Shown in pieces: positions 46,104-56,896 of a stretch of 64,000 nt of DNA. The first letter of the stretch is position 1, and each line of letters begins with the position of its first letter. The DNA is from Thermoplasmata archaeon (GTDB taxonomy: Archaea; Thermoplasmatota; Thermoplasmata; Thermoplasmatales; GCA-001856825): assembly GCA_021792255.1 (NCBI GenBank), contig JAJYUZ010000002.1:1-64000 (forward strand). Reading direction: 5' to 3'. Made by a program: the position numbers and the translations under genes. The notes beneath the pieces were generated by a model, which worked only from the letters and a program-made list of their open reading frames with translations, was not told where the DNA came from and ran no database searches.

Positions 46104-46640
46104 ATGGAGGCCGGCGAAGATAGATGGAGCAGAGGAATTATCTTCTTCATCATCATAACAATGGCACGAGATGGTCCGATATACGGGAACCAAGTAGCAA
46201 ATCTTATCAATGAAAAAACCAACGGTGCATGGAAACCAAGCGCTGGCTCTATTTACCCTGCTCTAAACAGGCTTACTCGCAGAGGGCTTATTGAAAGGTA
46301 CGATGAAAACGGCAAAGCCATGTATAAGTTGACTGAAAAAGGCTCGGGCCTGGTCAAAAAGATTGGGGAGAGACACTTCGACAGCTCACCCATGGCGAAG
46401 TTCATGGGGAAAATATGGATGGAAGCGATGAATCCAGAAAACAAAGCCAGATTCATGTTGAGTTCAATGCAGAATTTAGGCTCGTCACTCGAAGATAATC
46501 TGAAGAGTATACGGACGGCGTTCAAGAACGAGAAGGAGTACGAAGTTTTTCTAATGAATTTGGAACTTGAAATAGAAAAGGCTCACAAAATTCTATTGGA
46601 TGCTAAGAAAGAATTGATGGAAACCAGAGGAATGAAATAA
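46104..46640 (+). CDS. PadR family transcriptional regulator
   Basis: GPIYG.QV, WKPSAGSIYPAL.RL...GLI and YKLTEKG motifs. Confidence 0.92.
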   Translation: MEAGEDRWSRGIIFFIIITMARDGPIYGNQVANLINEKTNGAWKPSAGSIYPALNRLTRRGLIERYDENGKAMYKLTEKGSGLVKKIGERHFDSSPMAKFMGKIWMEAMNPENKARFMLSSMQNLGSSLEDNLKSIRTAFKNEKEYEVFLMNLELEIEKAHKILLDAKKELMETRGMK

Positions 46641-47638
46641 TGAATGGAACAATTATAGAAACGAAAAATCTAACGAAGATATATAATGGAAAAATAAAGG
46701 CAGTTTCTGATCTTAACTTGGAGATCAAGGAAGGAGAAATTTATGGTCTCGCAGGTCCGAATGGTGCGGGGAAGACTACCACCATAAATATGTTGATAAC
46801 ACGGATTTCCCCGTCTGGAGGTACTGCGACAGTAGGAGGGTTTGACATAGGAAAGAACTCTCTTGAGGTCAGAAAGCTGATCGGCGTTGTGCCACAGGAC
46901 TTTACAGCCGACGAGGACCTGACTGGAAGAGAGAACATGATGATGGTATCTCAGTTCTATAATGTGCCAAAGATAAAGGCACAAGAAAACTGCAGGAATC
47001 TCTTGAAATTGGTAGAGCTTGAAGAAGCCGCTGATAGGCTGGTGAGAACCTATTCAGGCGGAATGAGAAAAAGACTGGAATTGATTATCGGATTAGTTCA
47101 CGAGCCGAAGATACTCTTCCTGGACGAACCTACTTTAGGGCTAGATGTTCAGACAAGGATTCAAATGTGGAACTACGTCAAAGAAATTCAAAAAAGGCTG
47201 AACGTGACAATTATACTCACTTCTCACTACCTGGAGGAGATCGATGAGCTCGCCGCTAGAGTATCTATAATAGACCACGGCAAGGTTCTGATAACCGGAA
47301 GCCCTGCGGATCTCAAGACCTCACTCAAGGGAGACATTATCACCATAACTCTGTCAGATGAGAAAAGTGCGCAACTAATGAAAACAGTTCCGGGCGCTTT
47401 AGAAGTGAAGGATATGGGTCAAAATACCGTCAAAATAAAAGTAGTAAATGCAGACGAATCTCTTCCAAACATTATAAACTTCATTTCGCAGCACGAGCTT
47501 TCGACTGTAAGACTCACAGTCCAAAAGCCGACCCTGGACGAAGTCTTCCTTGAATATACTGGAAGGTCGATACGGGAGGAAGATGGTGGTTCGGACGCCA
47601 GGAAACTAGCTATCAATATGAGGAGGGCGAGACAATGA
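46640..47638 (+). CDS. ABC exporter ATP-binding protein (DrrA-like)
   Basis: GPNGAGKTT, YSGGMRKRLE, FLDEPTLGLD, TSHYLEE and PTLDEVFL motifs. Confidence 0.94.
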   Translation: MNGTIIETKNLTKIYNGKIKAVSDLNLEIKEGEIYGLAGPNGAGKTTTINMLITRISPSGGTATVGGFDIGKNSLEVRKLIGVVPQDFTADEDLTGRENMMMVSQFYNVPKIKAQENCRNLLKLVELEEAADRLVRTYSGGMRKRLELIIGLVHEPKILFLDEPTLGLDVQTRIQMWNYVKEIQKRLNVTIILTSHYLEEIDELAARVSIIDHGKVLITGSPADLKTSLKGDIITITLSDEKSAQLMKTVPGALEVKDMGQNTVKIKVVNADESLPNIINFISQHELSTVRLTVQKPTLDEVFLEYTGRSIREEDGGSDARKLAINMRRARQ

Positions 47639-48438
47639 GCGGACTAGGTCCTTTAACGGTGAGAGAACTAAAGAAGTGGGTGAGAAATCCAACATTCTTT
47701 GTGACAAATCTCATACAACCCATCTTCTGGATTGCCCTGTTCGGTAGCGCATTTGACATCACGAAATTCTTCCCGCAGGCAAGTAGTTACGTATTGGGAG
47801 GAGCCCCCAATTACATTACTTATATCGTTGGAGGGGTCTTGACGACAATGGGACTCTTTACTGCAATGTTTGCGGGAACCCAGATAATATTCGACAGGAG
47901 GCTCGGGCCAATGGGAAGATTCTTGTCATCTCCCATAAGGAGAAGTTCGATCGTGTTTTCAAAGATACTTTCGTCTGTGATTAGGATCATGCCCCAAGTG
48001 GTTATCCTCATTGTTGCGGCTTACCTGATCCCGAATGGTTTGAAGTTTGTTCACGGATTCACTGTTTTGGATGTCTTGGTGCTCGTGACTGCAATAGTTC
48101 TTGTCTCTTTCATCTTCTCGTCCATATTCAGCGTAATAGCGACCAGGATGACGAACATGAACTCTATATTTGGTATCGTAAATCTGGTCAATCTACCTCT
48201 CATGTTCGTAAGCTATGCAATGTTCTCTCCTGCCATGATGGCCGACTGGTTAGCCAACGTCGCAAAGTACAACCCAGTTTCATGGTCTGCAGAGGCAATC
48301 AGAATGGTGATCATTAACGGAAATCTGACCACGGCTCAATGGACTCAAGTAGGGCAATGGCTTGGGGGATTGGCCATACTTGCTGCAGGGCTTCTAGCAC
48401 TGACTGCATATCTGGTTGAGAAGGAGATAAGAGACTGA
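47635..48438 (+). CDS. ABC-2 type permease (DrrB-like)
   Basis: 6 TMs; DRRLG...SSPI.R and YNPVSW motifs. Confidence 0.9.
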   Translation: MSGLGPLTVRELKKWVRNPTFFVTNLIQPIFWIALFGSAFDITKFFPQASSYVLGGAPNYITYIVGGVLTTMGLFTAMFAGTQIIFDRRLGPMGRFLSSPIRRSSIVFSKILSSVIRIMPQVVILIVAAYLIPNGLKFVHGFTVLDVLVLVTAIVLVSFIFSSIFSVIATRMTNMNSIFGIVNLVNLPLMFVSYAMFSPAMMADWLANVAKYNPVSWSAEAIRMVIINGNLTTAQWTQVGQWLGGLAILAAGLLALTAYLVEKEIRD

Positions 48439-48475
48439 GTAATCGCGAGGTAATCCTCGGAGGGTCAGCACTTTG

Positions 48476-49054
48476 CTAGATTATCAAATCACGGTAGAGC
48501 GAATGCTGCTCCATGAGTCTTTTACCGATCTCTTCAATTTCGCCCGAAGCAATACCCGAGAAAAAACTGCGGGCGCTATCGAAACTCTTGAGTTCCGAAT
48601 CATAGGACTGTCTTCCGGATTTGTAGCAAGTCTTGGAATCCAAGGTGAATTTGGGACCCAGACATAGCTCAAAGATGAACTCTGCCCTGGGAACGTGGTA
48701 GCAGGAAGTCACGGTATAGACTAGCTTGATCTCTGGATGGATATCTAATATCTTTCTAGTAAAATATGCATTCCCTATTGTATCCAACGCATTGGGATCC
48801 ATCAGAATGGCACTCGAAGGAATACCGTTTAGTACTGCATAATCTCTCATCGCCTCACACTCTGCTCTGGGAACTGAAGGATTGGTTCTCCCTCCAGAAA
48901 GAAGCATTAAAGAATTGTCTAGGGAGGACCAAAGTTTGATTGCTGCATCCATCCTTCCCTTCAATTCTTCAGGAAGCTGGTCCAGTATCAAACGATTTCC
49001 CAATACTACGACGATCTTGTCTCTACCATTAATCGAATCAGCTGAATCTGGCAT
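48476..49054 (-). CDS. YdcF/ElyC (DUF218) family protein
   Basis: IVVVLG, LLSGG, ECEAM, DTIGNA and VTSCYHVPRA motifs. Confidence 0.85.
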   Translation of the reverse strand: MPDSADSINGRDKIVVVLGNRLILDQLPEELKGRMDAAIKLWSSLDNSLMLLSGGRTNPSVPRAECEAMRDYAVLNGIPSSAILMDPNALDTIGNAYFTRKILDIHPEIKLVYTVTSCYHVPRAEFIFELCLGPKFTLDSKTCYKSGRQSYDSELKSFDSARSFFSGIASGEIEEIGKRLMEQHSLYRDLII

Positions 49055-49174
49055 TCCAGTTAGTATTTCGGATTGTTATTTCGGTTTTTTGGATGAGACA
49101 TCACACATTCGAACCTACTTTCTTTACTAGTACGTCTCCAAATGGAAACCGGACTGTAGAGGCAAGAAAGTTTG

Positions 49175-50362
49175 CTAACGAGTACTGCCTTTTGCTTTAT
49201 TGCGAGGCAGGTCACGATTTCTCAAAGAGCGTCCAAAAACGAGAGTGAAAGTGACTGCCATTATTACTGTTGCAAATATGGCTACGGAATAATATGTGCT
49301 ATTCATGAAACCTTTTGAAATGGCGAGAGAGGCAATAATTATACCAACAGCCCCTCTGCCTCCGAAAATACCAAGAGACACGAACGGAGTGATGCTTCTC
49401 ATATATCTTCTGGAAAATGAGTACGCAAATAATCCGCCTATCGAAGTCGTCACTGCGATCAAGAAAATCATGTAAGGAATAGCAGAAATTGGGATCATGG
49501 AAACTTCAAGCCCCGAAATACTGAAAAACAGTGGAATAAAGAAACTGGAATTAATCCGCTGAAACGTTCTCTTGAGTATTCCAAACGCATGCTCACCGAT
49601 GGTGTTTTGGTGAATTATCAACCCTGAAAAGAATGCTCCGAGGACAAAGGTAATCCCTATGTATTCAAAGAGAACTGATGCGGCGAGTCCCATCATTATC
49701 ACTATTGCAAATATGATTCCTTCCTTCTCCCTTCTAGTAAACATATCTAGTCTTCTTATCAAGAATTCTGACTTTGACTTTAGAAGCATATCTAGGAAGT
49801 ACAGGCACACCACAAATGCTGCAAGCGAGGCAGAATCGATAGCTATGGTCATAAGTGGTCTGTGAAAAGAGACGAGAACAATGAACGCTATAGCATCACT
49901 CATTGCAACTCCTCCCAGTAGTCTGAGACCGTCTTCCATCTTGATCAGGCCAGATCTTACGAGAAGAACTGAGGCAATTGAGATGGAAGGTACACTCACT
50001 GAAAGTGAGGTACTGACGGCCTCAAGGTACGGAAGTTTAAAAATAAAAATGGAGCCCAGAGACATCAGTATGAGTGGGACTATGAATGAGGTCAGTGCGA
50101 ACCCCGTTACGTATCTTATGTTCTTAGAAAATATGTCAGCCGAGGCCTCGACACCGATCTGAAGAATTATGAAAAAGAGCGCAAGGATACTTATTGTCGA
50201 CAGTTCGGACGATGGCAGTACGACTCCGAACACTGCAGGACCTAACAAAATTCCCGCTATGATGGCTCCGACGACTTCAGGAAGTGAGAACCTGTCGAAT
50301 ATTTCACCCAAACCAATAGCGACGATCAACAGGAGCAGGATTGAAGTAATGAGATCAAGCAT
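49175..50362 (-). CDS. Cation:proton antiporter (CPA2/KefB-like)
   Basis: LPEVVGAIIAGILLGP, LGAFFSGL, FFIPLFFSISG and about 12 TMs. Start set to ATG 50362 because ATG 50386 overlaps a TATA-like element. Confidence 0.85.
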   Translation of the reverse strand: MLDLITSILLLLIVAIGLGEIFDRFSLPEVVGAIIAGILLGPAVFGVVLPSSELSTISILALFFIILQIGVEASADIFSKNIRYVTGFALTSFIVPLILMSLGSIFIFKLPYLEAVSTSLSVSVPSISIASVLLVRSGLIKMEDGLRLLGGVAMSDAIAFIVLVSFHRPLMTIAIDSASLAAFVVCLYFLDMLLKSKSEFLIRRLDMFTRREKEGIIFAIVIMMGLAASVLFEYIGITFVLGAFFSGLIIHQNTIGEHAFGILKRTFQRINSSFFIPLFFSISGLEVSMIPISAIPYMIFLIAVTTSIGGLFAYSFSRRYMRSITPFVSLGIFGGRGAVGIIIASLAISKGFMNSTYYSVAIFATVIMAVTFTLVFGRSLRNRDLPRNKAKGSTR

Positions 50363-50571
50363 TGGATTCCCTACCCTCAAAAGCATATAAGAATTCTGGA
50401 CGAATCAACAGTGAGCTCGTTTTCGCGATTGAATTCGAATAGACATGAAAGTTAATCCAATTCAATATTGAGACGATTTTCATTTTTACTTCCTTATTTA
50501 AAAATCAATAACCGTTCATCAGGTTCAGAAAAAATACTAATCATACAAGATTACTTTGTGACTCTGAATTT

Positions 50572-51810
50572 TTATTTCCGAGTCTTCGGATCTTCTGGTG
50601 AGAGCGCACCTAAAACTGTCGTCGAAGAGACGTACTTGCGCGAAATTACTGAAAATAACAGTGATCCAGTCAGTATCGTAAATATCACCACATAGAACAA
50701 GATGTTACCAAACAGTCCAAAAACTGTTGGATCGGTCGAAAGCAGTATGCCTGCGAGAACTATTACGGTCGAACCTCTCTGTACGAACGAAGATACCAGA
50801 ACTGAGTCTTTGCCGAACCACTTGGTAACCCCCTGTACGGAGAATACTTCAAAGAATCTGATTGCAACTAGAATTGCGACCAAAAGGGCCGCGATTATTA
50901 TACCTTGGAAATCAAAAATGTTCACCAAGATTCCTATGTACACATAGAAAAGGGTCATTACAAAAAAAGTGATTTCCTGGTTGAAATAACTAAGAGACTC
51001 GTTATCGATGATTCCGGAAATTTTCACGACTTTAGAGACCCAAAGGGAATTTGCTATGATTACCGAAAATACGAAAATCGTAAGGATTGCAGACGCTCCG
51101 ATTATGTCAGATACTCCCCATAGGGCGAACAATATGGCTATCGTTGCAATGTAATAGTGTGGAGTCAATGCTTGGCGCAGGACTATTAGCCAGACAATTC
51201 CTGTGACCCCTCCCAGTACTAATGCTTCAGAGATGCTTCCAAAGAGATATCCGGCCAATCCAACCAAACTAGACTGTTGATTCATAATGCTCAGGATAAA
51301 AAGAACCGCTATGATGTTCATGACAGAATTCATGATTGTTTCAACTTCAATGGTGTGTTTGATTCTTTCATCCAGATTGATTCTCGACATCAATGGCACT
51401 ATAAATGCGACAGAATTCTCACTGAGAACCGCTGAGAGTAGCAGAGAGTCCAGTAATGGAATTTTAAGAAAGAAATAGAGTATAGGAGTCGAAATACCCA
51501 TGACGAAGAGCAGATCTGATGCAGCCATTATAATGCCTCTGGAAACGGTTGCGCCAAACTTCTGGAGATCAAGTTTTAGCAATCCGCCAAACACTATCAA
51601 AATTAAAGCGACGGTGCCGACAAATCCAAGAAGTTCCTTCATAATCGAGAGGTAAACGACTGGAATGATACCGGCATAGTGGAGAGCTACTCCTATTAGC
51701 AAGAGAAGTAACATGTCTGGAATTTTCTTCTTTCTAAACGCAATTTCTCCTACGAATCCCAACAACATGATACCAGCTAATAGTAACAGCACCTCGTTGA
51801 TAGTGATCAA
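50572..51810 (-). CDS. Cation:proton antiporter (NhaP/CPA1-like)
   Basis: IPDMLLLLLIG, ALILIVFGGL, EVETIMN and FYVYIG motifs; about 12 TMs. Confidence 0.8.
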   Translation of the reverse strand: MITINEVLLLLAGIMLLGFVGEIAFRKKKIPDMLLLLLIGVALHYAGIIPVVYLSIMKELLGFVGTVALILIVFGGLLKLDLQKFGATVSRGIIMAASDLLFVMGISTPILYFFLKIPLLDSLLLSAVLSENSVAFIVPLMSRINLDERIKHTIEVETIMNSVMNIIAVLFILSIMNQQSSLVGLAGYLFGSISEALVLGGVTGIVWLIVLRQALTPHYYIATIAILFALWGVSDIIGASAILTIFVFSVIIANSLWVSKVVKISGIIDNESLSYFNQEITFFVMTLFYVYIGILVNIFDFQGIIIAALLVAILVAIRFFEVFSVQGVTKWFGKDSVLVSSFVQRGSTVIVLAGILLSTDPTVFGLFGNILFYVVIFTILTGSLLFSVISRKYVSSTTVLGALSPEDPKTRK

Positions 51811-52145
51811 TGGATTCGAATACCGAGGTCTTTTATAATTCTTATCACGTCACAGGAAGACCGTCTAGTTTAAGTTACAGTTTGTCTACCACTAAGTCAC
51901 TTAAATAGAACTGCGTAGGGCACCACAAGCTCACATTCGCGTGATCGATCTGACAAGATTCTCCATCGAATCTTAGCGATTACAGGTGTCTGGATATTGT
52001 CTGCTCTATACGTGGAGAAGATTTTTGGATCTATTTTAAGGCAATCTATCTCGCACAGTCATTTTCAATGATAATCTTTTTACGATTTCCCAAGAACTTT
52101 GGAGTCTTTATCACAAAAAATAAGAAAAAAATCAAAAAAATAAAA

Positions 52146-53249
52146 TTATCCAACTCCGTAAAAGGATTGAAAGTGCGTTGTGACATTCTCAAAAACATTG
52201 CCCACATATGTTCCGTTGTAGGCATTTGCAGCCCAGATTCCTATCGTTTCGTCCACTATGATGTTGTCTACAACGACGTTACCTTGGGCGACTGGAGGAG
52301 CCGGTTTGGCAGTCTGAGGGATCAAGTTCGCATATATGGCTATTCCATTTGGTGCGGGAGCAAGGTTAAGGTCAGATGCGTTGTCAAAGGGTGGATTATT
52401 GAGTCTTTGAAAAGCCCCTAATTTAACGTAGTTTCCTGCGATCTCGTTTCCAATATCGGCTGCACCAGGAGCTTCGGCATTGACTATTATGCCATCTTCA
52501 AGCCCCCCTATTACTGTGTTGTCAAGCACCACATTATCGACAGCAGAAGAGAAAGGGAAATCGGCAGCCACGACTATAGTTCCAACGTTGAACCCAGTTG
52601 GTCCGTGAGGGGTCAATAAATCTCCAATAACCACATTATTGAAAATCCAGTTGTTTGCCACAGTCTGACCTGGTCCCCACGCAGCAACAACAATTCCACA
52701 TCCTTGAGAATCATTTGAGACGTAGTTGTCTGCAATGAAATTGTTGTCGGCGCTAGCATTAACGTTCGGTATAGGAAGACCAGTTGGGACGAGGGATGAG
52801 CTACTATACACTGCAATGCCTCCGTCTCCAGCACTTCCTGTGATTCTGTTCCCTACGATGTAGGAATTGGATACTCCATAAAATCCAATCGCCTTGTTGT
52901 CAGGGATAGCCGGATCTGTGTGCTGAACGTTACCGCTTATGTTGCTGTCAATTATTGAGATTCCGTACGTGTCTACCGCTAATATTCCGTGATCTGATGC
53001 TCCAAATACGTGCGCATGGTAAATCATGACGTTACTGACCCCTGGACCGATATAAACGCCGAACGTATACCCCGTCGCGTTAATTTGCCCCGTCAAAAAT
53101 TCCCCAGTGTGCGCTACAACGGCCGCAGTGAGGTTACCGATTCCAATTGTACCAGACTGGTAGGTGGGAGTTGCGGCAAAGCCTACTGTGCTGAACGCCA
53201 CTACGGAAAGAGTGAACAATAATACTACGGATGCTACTATCAACCTCAT
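52146..53249 (-). CDS. Secreted right-handed parallel beta-helix protein (NosD/pectin-lyase-like)
   Basis: Signal peptide MRLIVASVVLLFTLSVVAFSTVGFA and repeated GI...N.I..N.V motifs. Confidence 0.75.
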   Translation of the reverse strand: MRLIVASVVLLFTLSVVAFSTVGFAATPTYQSGTIGIGNLTAAVVAHTGEFLTGQINATGYTFGVYIGPGVSNVMIYHAHVFGASDHGILAVDTYGISIIDSNISGNVQHTDPAIPDNKAIGFYGVSNSYIVGNRITGSAGDGGIAVYSSSSLVPTGLPIPNVNASADNNFIADNYVSNDSQGCGIVVAAWGPGQTVANNWIFNNVVIGDLLTPHGPTGFNVGTIVVAADFPFSSAVDNVVLDNTVIGGLEDGIIVNAEAPGAADIGNEIAGNYVKLGAFQRLNNPPFDNASDLNLAPAPNGIAIYANLIPQTAKPAPPVAQGNVVVDNIIVDETIGIWAANAYNGTYVGNVFENVTTHFQSFYGVG

Positions 53250-53281
53250 GATATTTCTAACTCTGGCGGATACTTAAATGA

Positions 53282-53308
53282 TAGTTTTACGCAGATTACG
53301 TAAAACTA
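53282..53308. promoter_or_regulatory. Perfect inverted repeat TAGTTTTACG-N7-CGTAAAACTA between divergent promoters
   Basis: 10-bp arms at 53282-53291 and 53299-53308, flanked by TATA-like elements for both neighbouring genes. Confidence 0.55.
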
Positions 53309-53329
53309 AAATAATTTAACGAGAACAAA

Positions 53330-53980
53330 GTGACAATCATGCAAGACAGCATGAAAAATACAGTGGCGAGCGATTTGGAAACAAGAACAGAACGTGCGGA
53401 ACACATGCAAAAAGCGGAAGAAGATCGTAGAGTTGTCAAACCGTCATCATTGCTCATAGTTTTGGTGCCGTCAATCTTGGTCGCTATTGTCATCTTGTCG
53501 AGAAACATCATAATGCTAGACTATGCCCACGTTCTTTTAGGAGGAACCTGGACTGGCATTGACCTGTTCATGGGACTTGTATTATCAAGAGTAATCGGGA
53601 AGATGTCAGTGGGCGCAAGAATGGAGTTTATAAAGAGATTAGTCCCATTGATGCTCTTATTTATGCCAACGATAGCCTCTCTTGCAATAACTTGCGGCAT
53701 TTACTTAGCGACATTCGACGGGATATTCAAGTTGACCTACCCAGTAATCATAGCGGCAGGGATTATAGTGTTGGTTCTGGTCGTACAGGGCTTCGGTATT
53801 TTTCTACCAAATGAACTGAAGATATTTCTGGAACTCAGGAAAGACAATCCAAACGCCGCAAAAATTTCTAGACTTGCTATGATAAATTTCAAGCTATCAG
53901 GAATTCAGGCAGCGTTCCAGTTCGCTATAATATTCATAATGGCAAACATTGCAATGGGGAACTTATTCCTGAGGTATTGA
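53330..53980 (+). CDS. Hypothetical integral membrane protein (about 5 TMs)
   Basis: Hydrophobic segments with LDYAHVLLGGTWTGIDLFMG; function not recognised. Confidence 0.7.
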   Translation: MTIMQDSMKNTVASDLETRTERAEHMQKAEEDRRVVKPSSLLIVLVPSILVAIVILSRNIIMLDYAHVLLGGTWTGIDLFMGLVLSRVIGKMSVGARMEFIKRLVPLMLLFMPTIASLAITCGIYLATFDGIFKLTYPVIIAAGIIVLVLVVQGFGIFLPNELKIFLELRKDNPNAAKISRLAMINFKLSGIQAAFQFAIIFIMANIAMGNLFLRY

Positions 53981-54281
53981 ACAGTTAGATGAAGGAATGG
54001 TGAGAGGGAAGCAGGTATCTCTTTTCAGGCATCTACTCGAACGGACTTAGGACGCGGAGAGGTCTCGCATAAAATCAATTCGAAAGCAGAACCGATCTTG
54101 GAATTGTTCTCGGAACTTAGGACTTTGCGATGCTTGATATTTTTAAAATGGGCATCATTCACCCGCTTTCAATTCGAAGTAAAGCTCGTTCCAGTCAGCA
54201 TGGCTCCGGTCTGATTAACTCAAGTAAACAATTTACAGGATACTTGAAAGATTTTTTATACTGACTCAAAATCATAAATCG

Positions 54282-56675
54282 TTGGACGACAGAAGAAGTT
54301 CGATGATGTTTAAGGCGTTATCCGACAGTAGGTGCATTAACATACTTAGGATAATCTCGGTCGAACCCTCTTATGTAGGGGAACTAGCCTCTACCTTGAA
54401 AACTACTGAATCTAGGATATCCGAGAAGGTGAGGATTATGAAAGAGGCAGGCATTATTTCGGAAGAATGGAGGAGAACAGGAAACAAACTTGTGAAATTT
54501 TACAAACCCTCGATTAAAAAGATAAGCATCTCCTTTGGAGATGGTAGTATCAAGACTGAGACTGTAGATAATAAGGTAGAAGAAAGTCCAATCCTTCAAG
54601 ATGTCGACATAAAGGTACCAACTGCAGATAAACTTGTAGGAAGAACAGCTGAAATGCAATTTGTTGAAAAGTACGCACACGTACTTGTTACTGGAATACC
54701 GGGAATAGGGAAGACAACTCTAGTCGCGAATTACGTCCGTTCCTCAAATCGTGAAATTTTCTGGCACGATATCGGGGAGACTGATACGCTGAAACACATC
54801 ATAATGAAAATAGCCTCATACTTGAGTAAGAATCGAGACGACAATCTGTTAAACGCGCTTAAACAGGTAAGGGACAAGAGAACACACATTAACTTGGCTA
54901 TTGCGGGAATAAGGAAGTTAAATTCAATAGTTGTATTGGACGACCTGCACAAGTGCCTGGATCACGAAATAATGGAACTCATAAACGATTTAATAAGTAG
55001 CGTTCCAGAGCTCAAGGTAATTTTGATAAGTAGAACTCCGCTTTCGATCTACAGCTCTTCCATCAGAGTTCTTGTTCTCCAGGAACTTCAGACAGAAGAG
55101 GCTTTGGAACTGATAAAGAATACTACAGAGAGGGAGAGGATAGTAGCACAAGTCGGAGGTCACCCCCTGATAGTAAAGCTTGCAGGCAACCTGCAATCCA
55201 CGATCAAGCGATCAACTGAATCGCTTTCGCCAACTGAATACTTCGAGAAACAGATTCTTCCAACTCTTCCAAAGCATCTCGTTGCGGTTCTGGAAAAAAT
55301 TTCTTTCTTTGGAGGCACAGTCAATCTGGAGGAACTGGAATTTATATTTGGAGAAATAAGTAAGACTCATTTAAGAGAGACCATAGGTCTTGGGCTGATT
55401 AGGATTCAGCGAAACTCGATAAGAATGAACGACCTTGTGAGGGAGGTCTTACAGATCTCTGCTCCCAGAAGCTCAGAAACTCACAAGAAAATTGCGTTGT
55501 ATTACACTTCGAAGAAAAGACCCGAATACTTGATGATGGGTTTACATCACATTGCTCTTTCAGGAAGTAACGAAGAAATATCCAACTTCCTTAAACAGTT
55601 TGGAATGGACCTAATCAATTCTTCATATCTCAATAACTTCCAGGAAGAACTGATTAAAATAGAAAGGAGCCTCGAGTCTTGCGAGACAAAAGCAGAAATC
55701 TTGTACTGGATTGGCAGAATTCTTGCCAACAAGAGGATGTTCAACGAGTCATTAACGTACTTTGAGAGAGCGAGAATGTGCCCCCAACCCTCCTCCCTCG
55801 AAGCGTCACTGCTGTTTGACGAGGCGACAGCATATCAAAACATTGGGGAACTAGAGAAGAGCGAGGAAATGTTCTGGTATGCCCTTCCAAAGGTCGAGGG
55901 CAGCAACAGTATACAAGAAGGGAGAATACTCTTCGGTCTTGGTCGCGTACTAGTCTGGCTTGGAAAGCAAGATGTAGCAAGGAAGATGCTCAACAAGGCA
56001 AGTGAAATATTCAAAGGAAAAGGAGATGCAATTAGATACAACGTAGCTCTCTTCGGAATTGCCCACCTAGAGTTTGTGACTGGGAACATTAGAGAAGCGA
56101 TAAGGGTGAACGATCAAGCCATCGAGGGATTCTTGGAACTTCAAGCGATAAACAGCTACACTAGCAGTCTCATAAATAAGGGGGGCTTTCTCTTTCTCTT
56201 AGGGAAAAGAACGAAGAGCCTCACCATCATAAGTGAAGCAATTGAAATTCTTGGAACTCTAGAGTATGCTGATCTTGACCTTGCTTTTGCGCTGTTGAAG
56301 CGCTCTGTCATATTGATCACATTTAGGAAAATCAAAGAAGCAGAGGTTGACATAAAGAGAGCAAAGAAGATCATAAAATCAGGAGGGGATGAATTCCTTA
56401 CAGGACTCCTGTATTTGTCGCAGGGAATCTTGTCGACCGCTAAGGGGAAGCTAGCCGATGCTGAAATCGCAGTAAGAAATGCGATGAGATACGAAAAATT
56501 AGACCCAGTTGAAATGTACAGAGTCAGGAGAGAATGGAGCCTTATCCTGATAAAAAAGGGAGAAAGGAAGCAAGGAATGAAGGTAATGAGAGATCTGATG
56601 AAGGATTTTAAGAAAAGAAATTACATTGCTTTCTTGAGGGAAACGCAATCTATATACAACGAGATTAGGGGATAA
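54282..56675 (+). CDS. STAND-class NTPase regulator: ArsR-wHTH / NB-ARC-like NTPase / wHTH / TPR
   Basis: N-terminal wHTH (FKALSDSRCINIL...VGELA..L), LVGR..E, GIPGIGKT, VVLDDLH, LISR, GGHPL, MNDLVRE, and C-terminal TPR-like repeats. Confidence 0.85.
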   Translation: MDDRRSSMMFKALSDSRCINILRIISVEPSYVGELASTLKTTESRISEKVRIMKEAGIISEEWRRTGNKLVKFYKPSIKKISISFGDGSIKTETVDNKVEESPILQDVDIKVPTADKLVGRTAEMQFVEKYAHVLVTGIPGIGKTTLVANYVRSSNREIFWHDIGETDTLKHIIMKIASYLSKNRDDNLLNALKQVRDKRTHINLAIAGIRKLNSIVVLDDLHKCLDHEIMELINDLISSVPELKVILISRTPLSIYSSSIRVLVLQELQTEEALELIKNTTERERIVAQVGGHPLIVKLAGNLQSTIKRSTESLSPTEYFEKQILPTLPKHLVAVLEKISFFGGTVNLEELEFIFGEISKTHLRETIGLGLIRIQRNSIRMNDLVREVLQISAPRSSETHKKIALYYTSKKRPEYLMMGLHHIALSGSNEEISNFLKQFGMDLINSSYLNNFQEELIKIERSLESCETKAEILYWIGRILANKRMFNESLTYFERARMCPQPSSLEASLLFDEATAYQNIGELEKSEEMFWYALPKVEGSNSIQEGRILFGLGRVLVWLGKQDVARKMLNKASEIFKGKGDAIRYNVALFGIAHLEFVTGNIREAIRVNDQAIEGFLELQAINSYTSSLINKGGFLFLLGKRTKSLTIISEAIEILGTLEYADLDLAFALLKRSVILITFRKIKEAEVDIKRAKKIIKSGGDEFLTGLLYLSQGILSTAKGKLADAEIAVRNAMRYEKLDPVEMYRVRREWSLILIKKGERKQGMKVMRDLMKDFKKRNYIAFLRETQSIYNEIRG

Positions 56676-56896
56676 TGATAACACTTTTCGAGTGTCACCA
56701 ATCAAATAATCAATCAGAAACAGGATGGTGGCGGGAGAACTGCTCTGGATAAGGGGATGGGAAAGGGAGAGATACATCTCCTCCCCGGATATCCAGCAAT
56801 TCATGAAAATCAAAACTGGAGGGAAAGCATTCAAATGACTCCATTAGAGAATTTTTTCCGTATGTCTTTAAGTATAAATGGAACATTCATCGATAG

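Noticed and set aside
53611-53619. GGGCGCAAG match to the tRNA-Arg 3' end as a possible att site
   Set aside because: Only 9 nt, inside an intact CDS, and the same 9-mer also occurs near 27870, so it is chance-level.
54040-54125. Short direct repeat ACTTAGGAC (two copies)
   Set aside because: Only two 9-nt copies; not a CRISPR array or IS end. No CRISPR array, cas gene or transposase was recognised anywhere in the window.
56720-56835. Purine-rich segment with a possible hairpin (CTGGATA...TATCCAG) and a 37-codon ORF
   Set aside because: Cannot distinguish ncRNA, gene remnant or chance pairing from the sequence alone.
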